A stretch of DNA of 64,000 nt from Squalus acanthias (Eukaryota), in contig JASTWF010000349.1 in assembly GCA_030390025.1 (NCBI GenBank), positions 248,001-312,000 on the forward strand. Direction: 5' to 3'. The stretch's first letter is position 1; each line of letters begins with the position of its first letter. Below are positions 57,101 to 64,000 of the stretch, piece by piece. The position numbers and the translations under genes were made by a program. Under the pieces are notes generated by a model that saw only the letters and a program-made list of their open reading frames with translations, was not told the origin of the DNA and did no database searches.

Positions 57101-60100
57101 CCTCTCCCCTCATTTACCCTCAGTCCCTCTCCCCTCATTTACCCTCAGTCCCTCACCCCTCATTTACCCTCAGTCCCACCCCGCTCATTTACCGTCAGTC
57201 CCTCTCCCCTCATTTACCCTCAGTCCCTCTCCCCTCAATCACCCTCAGTCCCTCTCCCCTTATTCACCCTCAGTCCCTCTCCCCTCATTAACCTCAGTCC
57301 CACTCCCCTCATTTACCTCAGTCCCTTTCCCCTCATTTACCCTCAGTCCCTCTTCCCTCATTTACCCTCAGTCCCTCTCCCCTCATTTATCCTCAGTCCC
57401 TCACCCCTCATTTACCCTCAGTCCCTCTCACCTCATTTACCCTCAGTCCCTCTCCCCTCATTTCCTCAGTCCCTCTCCCCTCATTAACCTCAGTCCCTCT
57501 CCCCTCATTTCCTCAGTCTCTCTCCCCTCATTCACCCTCAGTCCCTCTCCCCTCATTTACCTCAGTCCCTCTCCCCTCAATTACCCTCAGTCCCACTCCA
57601 CTCATTCACTCTCAGTCCCTCTCCCCTCATTCACCCTCAGTCCCTCTCCCCTCATTCACTCTCAGTCTCACTCCCCTCATTCACCCTCAGTCCCTCTCCC
57701 CTCATTCACCCTCAGTCTCTCTCCTTTCATTCACCCTCAGTCTCTCTCCCCTCATTAACTCTCAGTCCTTCTCCCCTCATTAACCTCAGTCACTCTCCCC
57801 TCATTCACGCTCAGTCCTTCTCCCCTCATTCACCATCAGTTCCTCTCCCCTCATTCACTCTCAGTCCCTTTCCGCTCATTTACTCTCAGTCCCTCTCAGC
57901 TCATTTACTATCAGTCCCTCTACCCTCATTTACCTCAGTCCCTCTCCCCTCATTTACCTCAGTCCCTCTCCCCTCATTTACCCTCAGTCTCTCTCCCCTC
58001 ATTAACCTCAGTCCCTCGCCCCTCAATAACCTCAGTCCCTCTCCCCTCATTTACCTCACTCCCTCTCCCCTCATTCACCCTCTGTCCCTCTCCCCTCATT
58101 TACATCAGTCCTTCTCCCCTCATTTACCTCAGTCTCTCTCCCCTCATTTACCTCAGTCCCTCTCGCCTCATTCAACCTCAGTCTCTTTCCCCTCATTCAC
58201 CCTCTGTCCCTCTCCCCTCATTCACTCTCAGTCCCTCTCCCCTCTTTCACCCTCTGTACCTCTCCCCTCATTCACCCTCAGTCCCTCTCCGCTCATTTAC
58301 TCTCAGTCCCTCTCCCCTCATTAACCTCAGTCCCTCTCCCCTCATTTACCTCAGTCCCTCTCGCCTCATTCACCCTCTGTCTCTTTCACCTCATTCACCC
58401 TCTGTCCCTCTCCCCTCATTCACCCTGTCTCTTTCCCGTCATTCACCCTCAGTCCCACTCCCCTCATTTACCTCAATCCCTCTCCACTCATTTACCCTCA
58501 GTCCCTCTCCCCTCATTCACTCTCAGTCCCTCTCCCCTCATTCACTCTCAGTCCCTCTCCCCTCATTTACCTCAGTCCCTCTCCCCTCATTTACCCTCAG
58601 TCCCTCTCCCCTCATTTACCCTCATTCCCTCTCCCCTCATTCACTCTCAGTCTCTCTCCCCTCATTCACCCTCTGTCCCTCTCCCCTCATTCACTCTCAG
58701 TCTCTCTCCCATCATTCACCCTCTGTCCCTCTCCCCTCATTCACTCTCAGTCTCTCTCCCCTCATTCACCCTCTGTCTCTCTCCCCTCATTCACTCTCTG
58801 TCCCTCTCCCCTCATTTACCTCAGTCCCTCTCCCCTCATTTACCCTCAGTCCCTCTCCCCTCATTTACCCTCAGTCTCTCTCCCCTCATTCACTCTCAGT
58901 CCCTCTCCCCTCATTTACCTCAGTCCCTCTCCCCTCATTTCCTCATTCCCTCTCCCCTCATTAACCTCAGTCCCTCTCCCCTCATTCACTCTCAGTACCT
59001 CTCCTCTCATTTACCCTCAGTCCCTCTCCCCTCATTTACCCTCAGTCTCTCTCCCCTCATTTACCCTCAGTCCCTCTCCCATCATTTACCCTCAGTCTCT
59101 CTCCCCTCATTCACTCTCAGATCCTCTCCCCTCATTTACCCTCAGTCCCTCTCCCCTCATTTACCCTCAGTCTCTCTCCCCTCATTCACTCTCAGGCCCT
59201 CTCCCCTCATTTACCTCAGTCCCTTTCCCCTCATTTACCCTCAGTCGCTCTCCCATCATTTACCCTCAGTCTCTTTCACCTCATTCACCCTCAGTCCCTC
59301 TCCCCTCATTTACGTCACGCCCTCTCCCCTCATTTAGCTCAGTCTCTCTCCCCTCATTAACCTGTCACTCTCACCTCATTTCCTCAGTCCCTCTCCCCTC
59401 ATTCACCCTCAGTCTCTCTCCCCTCATTTCCTCAGTCTCTCTCCCCTCATTCGCCCTCAGTCCCTCTCCCCTCATTCACTCTCAGTCTCTATCCCCTCAT
59501 TCCCCCTCAGTCCTTCTCCTTTCATTCACTATCAGTCTCTCTCCCCTCATTCACCCTCAGTCCCTCTCCCCTCATTCACTCTCAGTCTCTCTCCCCTCAT
59601 TCACTCTCAGTCCCTCTCCCCTCATTAACCTCAGTCCCTCTCCCCTCATTCACCCTCAGTCCCTCTACCCTCATTCACCCTCAGTTCCTCTCCGCTCTTT
59701 CACTCTCAGTCCCTCTCCGCTCATTTACTCTCAGTCCCTCTCCGCTCATTTACTCTCAGTCCCTCTACCCTCATTTACCTCAGTCCCTCTCCCCTCATTT
59801 ACCTCAGTCCATCTCCCCTCATTTACCCTCAGTCTCTCTCCCCTCATTAACCTCATTCCCTCTCCCCTCATTAACCTCAGTCCCTCTCCCCTCATTCACT
59901 CTCAGTCTCTCTCCCCTCATTCACCCTCAGTCTCTCTCCCCTCATTTACCCTCAGTCCCTCTCCCCTCATTAACCTCAGTCCCTCTCCCCTCATTCACTC
60001 TCAGTCTCTCTCCCCTCATTCACCCTCAGTCTCTCTCCCCTCATTTACCTCAGTTCCTCTCCCCTCATTTACCCTCAGTCCCACTCCCCTCATTCACTCT

Positions 60101-63100
60101 TAGTCTCTCTCCTCTCATTCACTCTCAGTCTCTCTCCCCTCATTAACCCTCAGTCCCTCTCCCCTCATTCACCCTCAGTCCCTCTCCGCTCATTTACCCT
60201 CAGTCCCTCACACCTCATTCACTCTCAGTCCCTCTCCCCTCATTAACCTCAGTTGCTCTCCCCTCATTCACCCTCAGTCCCTCTCCCCTCATTTCCTCTC
60301 AGTCCCTCTCCCCTCATTTACCTCAGTCCCTCTCCCCTCATTTACCTCAGTCCCTCTCCCCTCATTTACCCTCACTCCCTCTCCCCTCATTTACCCTCAG
60401 TCCCTCTCCCCTCATTTACCCTCAGTCCCACCCCGCTCATTTACCGTCAGTCCCTCTCCCCTCATTTACCCTCAGTCCCTCTCCCCTCAATCACCCTCAG
60501 TCCCTCTCCCCTTATTCACCCTCAGTCCCTCTCCCCTCATTAACCTCAGTCCCACTCCCCTCATTTACCTCAGTCCCTTTCCCCTCATTTACCCTCAGTC
60601 CCTCTTCCCTCATTTACCCTCAGTCCCTCTCCCCTCATTTATCCTCAGTCCCTCACCCCTCATTTACCCTCAGTCCCTCTCACCTCATTTACCCTCAGTC
60701 CCTCTCCCCTCATTTCCTCAGTCCCTCTCCCCTCATTAACCTCAGTCCCTCTCCCCTCATTTCCTCAGTCTCTCTCCCCTCATTCACCCTCAGTCCCTCT
60801 CCCCTCATTTACCTCAGTCCCTCTCCCCTCAATTACCCTCAGTCCCACTCCACTCATTCACTCTCAGTCCTCTCTCCCCTCATTCACCCTCAGTCCCTCT
60901 CCCCTCATTCACTCTCAGTCTCACTCCCTCATTCACCCTCAGTCCCTCTCCCCTCATTCACCCTCAGTCTCTCTCCTTTCATTCACCCTCAGTCTCTCTC
61001 CCCTCATTAACTCTCAGTCCTTCTCCCCTCATTAACCTCAGTCACTCTCCCCTCATTCACGCTCAGTCCTTCTCCCCTCATTCACCATCAGTTCCTCTCC
61101 CCTCATTCACTCTCAGTCCCTTTCCGCTCATTTACTCTCAGTCCCTCTCAGCTCATTTACTATCAGTCCCTCTACCCTCATTTACCTCAGTCCCTCTCCC
61201 CTCATTTACCTCAGTCCCTCTCCCCTCATTTACCCTCAGTCTCTCTCCCCTCATTAACCTCAGTCCCTCGCCCCTCAATAACCTCAGTCCCTCTCCCCTC
61301 ATTTACCTCACTCCCTCTCCCCTCATTCACCCTCTGTCCCTCTCCCCTCATTTACATCAGTCCTTCTCCCCTCATTTACCTCAGTCTCTCTCCCCTCATT
61401 TACCTCAGTCCCTCTCACCTCATTCAACCTCAGTCTCTTTCCCCTCATTCACCCTCTGTCCCTCTCCCCTCATTCACTCTCAGTCCCTCTCCCCTCTTTC
61501 ACCCTCTGTACCTCTCCCCTCATTCACCCTCAGTCCCTCTCCGCTCATTTACTCTCAAACCCTCTCCCCTCATTAACCTCAGTCCCTCTCCCCTCATTTA
61601 CCTCAGTCCCTCTCGCCTCATTCACCCTCTGTCTCTTTCACCTCATTCACCCTCTGTCCCTCTCCCCTCATTCACCCTGTCTCTTTCCCGTCATTCACCC
61701 TCAGTCCCACTCCCCTCATTTACCTCAATCCCTCTCCACTCATTTACCCTCAGTCCCTCTCCCCTCATTCACTCTCAGTCCCTCTCCCCTCATTCACTCT
61801 CAGTCCCTCTCCCCTCATTTACCTCAGTCCCTCTCCCCTCATTTACCCTCAGTCCCTCTCCCCTCATTTACCCTCATTCCCTCTCCCCTCATTCACTCTC
61901 AGTCTCTCTCCCCTCATTCACCCTCTGTCCCTCTCCCCTCATTCACTCTCAGTCTCTCTCCCATCATTCACCCTCTGTCCCTCTCCCCTCATTCACTCTC
62001 AGTCTCTCTCCCCTCATTCACCCTCTGTCTCTCTCCCCTCATTCACTCTCTGTCCCTCTCCCCTCATTTACCTCAGTCCCTCTCCCCTCATTTACCCTCA
62101 GTCCCTCTCCCCTCATTTACCCTCAGTCTCTCTCCCCTCATTCACTCTCAGTCCCTCTCCCCTCATTTACCTCAGTCCCTCTCCCCTCATTTCCTCATTC
62201 CCTCTCCCCTCATTAACCTCAGTCCCTCTCCCCTCATTCACTCTCAGTACCTCTCCTCTCATTTACCCTCAGTCCCTCTCCCCTCATTTACCCTCAGTCT
62301 CTCTCCCCTCATTTACCCTCAGTCCCTCTCCCATCATTTACCCTCAGTCTCTCTCCCCTCATTCACTCTCAGATCCTCTCCCCTCATTTACCCTCAGTCC
62401 CTCTCCCCTCATTTACCCTCAGTCTCTCTCCCCTCATTCACTCTCAGGCCCTCTCCCCTCATTTACCTCAGTCCCTTTCCCCTCATTTACCCTCAGTCGC
62501 TCTCCCATCATTTACCCTCAGTCTCTTTCACCTCATTCACCCTCAGTCCCTCTCCCCTCATTTACGTCACGCCCTCTCCCCTCATTTAGCTCAGTCTCTC
62601 TCCCCTCATTAACCTGTCACTCTCACCTCATTTCCTCAGTCCCTCTCCCCTCATTCACCCTCAGTCTCTCTCCCCTCATTTCCTCAGTCTCTCTCCCCTC
62701 ATTCGCCCTCAGTCCCTCTCCCCTCATTCACTCTCAGTCCCTCTCCCTCATTTCCCCTCAGTCCCACTCACCTCATTCACTCTCAGCCTCTCTCCCCTCA
62801 TTCACCCTCAGTCCCTCTCCCCTCATTCACTCTCAGTCTCTCTCCCCTCATTCCCCCTCAGTCCTTCTCCTTTCATTCACGATCAGTCTCTCTCCCCTCA
62901 TTCACCCTCAGTCCCTCTCCCCTCATTCACTCTCAGTCTCTCTCCCCTCATTCACTCTCAGTCCCTCTCCCCTCTCATTTACCCTCAGTCCCTCTCCCTC
63001 ATTCACTCTCAGTCCCTCTACCCTCATTCACCTCAGTCCCTCTCCCCTCATTCACTCTCAGTCCTCTCCCCTCATTCACCCTCAGTCTCTTCCTCTCATT

Positions 63101-64000
63101 TACTCTCAGTCACTCTCCCCTCATTTACCCTCAGTCCCTCTCCCCTCATTTACCTCAGTCCCTCTCCCCTCATTTACCCTCAGTCCTCTCTCCCCTCATT
63201 AACCCTCAGTCCTCTCCCCTCATTCACCCTCAGTCACTCTCCCCTCATTACCCTCAGTCCCTCTCCCCTCATTCACTCTCAGTCTCTCTCCCCTCATTCA
63301 CTCTCAGTCCCTCTCCCCTCATTCACCCTCAGTCCCTCTTCCCTCATTCAATCTCAGTCGCTCTCCCCTCATTTACCTCAGTCCCTCTCCCCTCATTTAC
63401 CTCAGTCCCTCTCCCCTCATTCAATCTCAGTCTCTCTCCCCTCATTCACCCTCTGTCCCTCTCCCCTGATTCACCCTCAGTCCCTCTCCGTTCATTTACC
63501 TCAGTCCCTCTCCCCTCATTCAATCTCAGTCTCTCTCCCCTCATTCACCCTCAGTCTCTCTCCCCTCATTAACCTCAGTCCCTCTCCCCTCATTCACCCT
63601 CAGTCTCTCTCCCCTCATTCACCCTCTGTCCCTCTCCCCTCATTCACCCTCAGTCCCTCGCCCCTCATTCACCCTCTGTCCCTCTCCCCTCATTCACCCT
63701 CAGTCTCTCTCCCCTCATTCACCCTCAGTCCCTCTCCCCTCTTTCACCCTCTGTCCCTCTCCCCTCATTCACCCTCAGTCCCTCTCCCCTCATTCACCCT
63801 CTCCCCTGATTCACCCTCTGTCCCTCTCCCCTGATTCACTCTCAGTCCCTCTCCCCTCATTCACCCTCAGTCCCTCTCCCCGCATTTACCTCAGTCCCTG
63901 TCCCCTCATTTACCTCACTCACCCTCCCCTCATTCACCCTCAGTCTGTCTCCCCTCATTCACCCTCAGTCCCTCTCCCCTCATTCACCCTCAGTCCCTCT
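42165..64000 (+). repeat. Large 24-25 bp satellite array (more than 21 kb, runs off the window) with higher-order repeats
   Basis: Uninterrupted (CAGTCYCTCTCCCCTCATTYAC(C/T)CT)n; rare variants recur at kb-scale periods. Confidence 0.98.

Noticed and set aside
42095..60543. Ser/Pro/Leu-rich ORFs up to 902 aa
   Set aside because: Satellite translations with no coding signal.

Overview
Repeat-dominated vertebrate genomic DNA, probably from a cartilaginous fish (inferred from an HE1/V-type SINE, a Deu-type SINE head and CR1 LINEs with an SGNH-esterase ORF1). There is no intact host gene; the only host-gene sequence is a damaged terminal exon of LARGE2 (14302-14499). About half of the window is tandem repeat: G-rich minisatellites at 5.1-14.2 kb and a 25-bp C-rich satellite at 33.2-64 kb with kb-scale higher-order structure. 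The rest is nested transposons: several CR1 LINEs (one with an intact 995-aa ORF2), an RTE fragment, a young intact Ty3/Gypsy element, a decayed Harbinger and three Harbinger-type MITEs. Three observations stand out. (1) All four CR1 ORF1/ORF2 junctions carry TTTAAAC, with ORF2 continuous from it in the TTT-AAA-CTA frame, suggesting a -1 ribosomal frameshift. (2) A LINE family has a tRNA-derived Pol III head plus Deu-like SINE body directly upstream of ORF2, no ORF1, and almost no TTTT on its sense strand. (3) The Gypsy element lacks a tRNA primer site but has an 11-nt match to its own LTR, suggesting Tf1-like self-priming. All calls are by eye; no searches or alignments were run.
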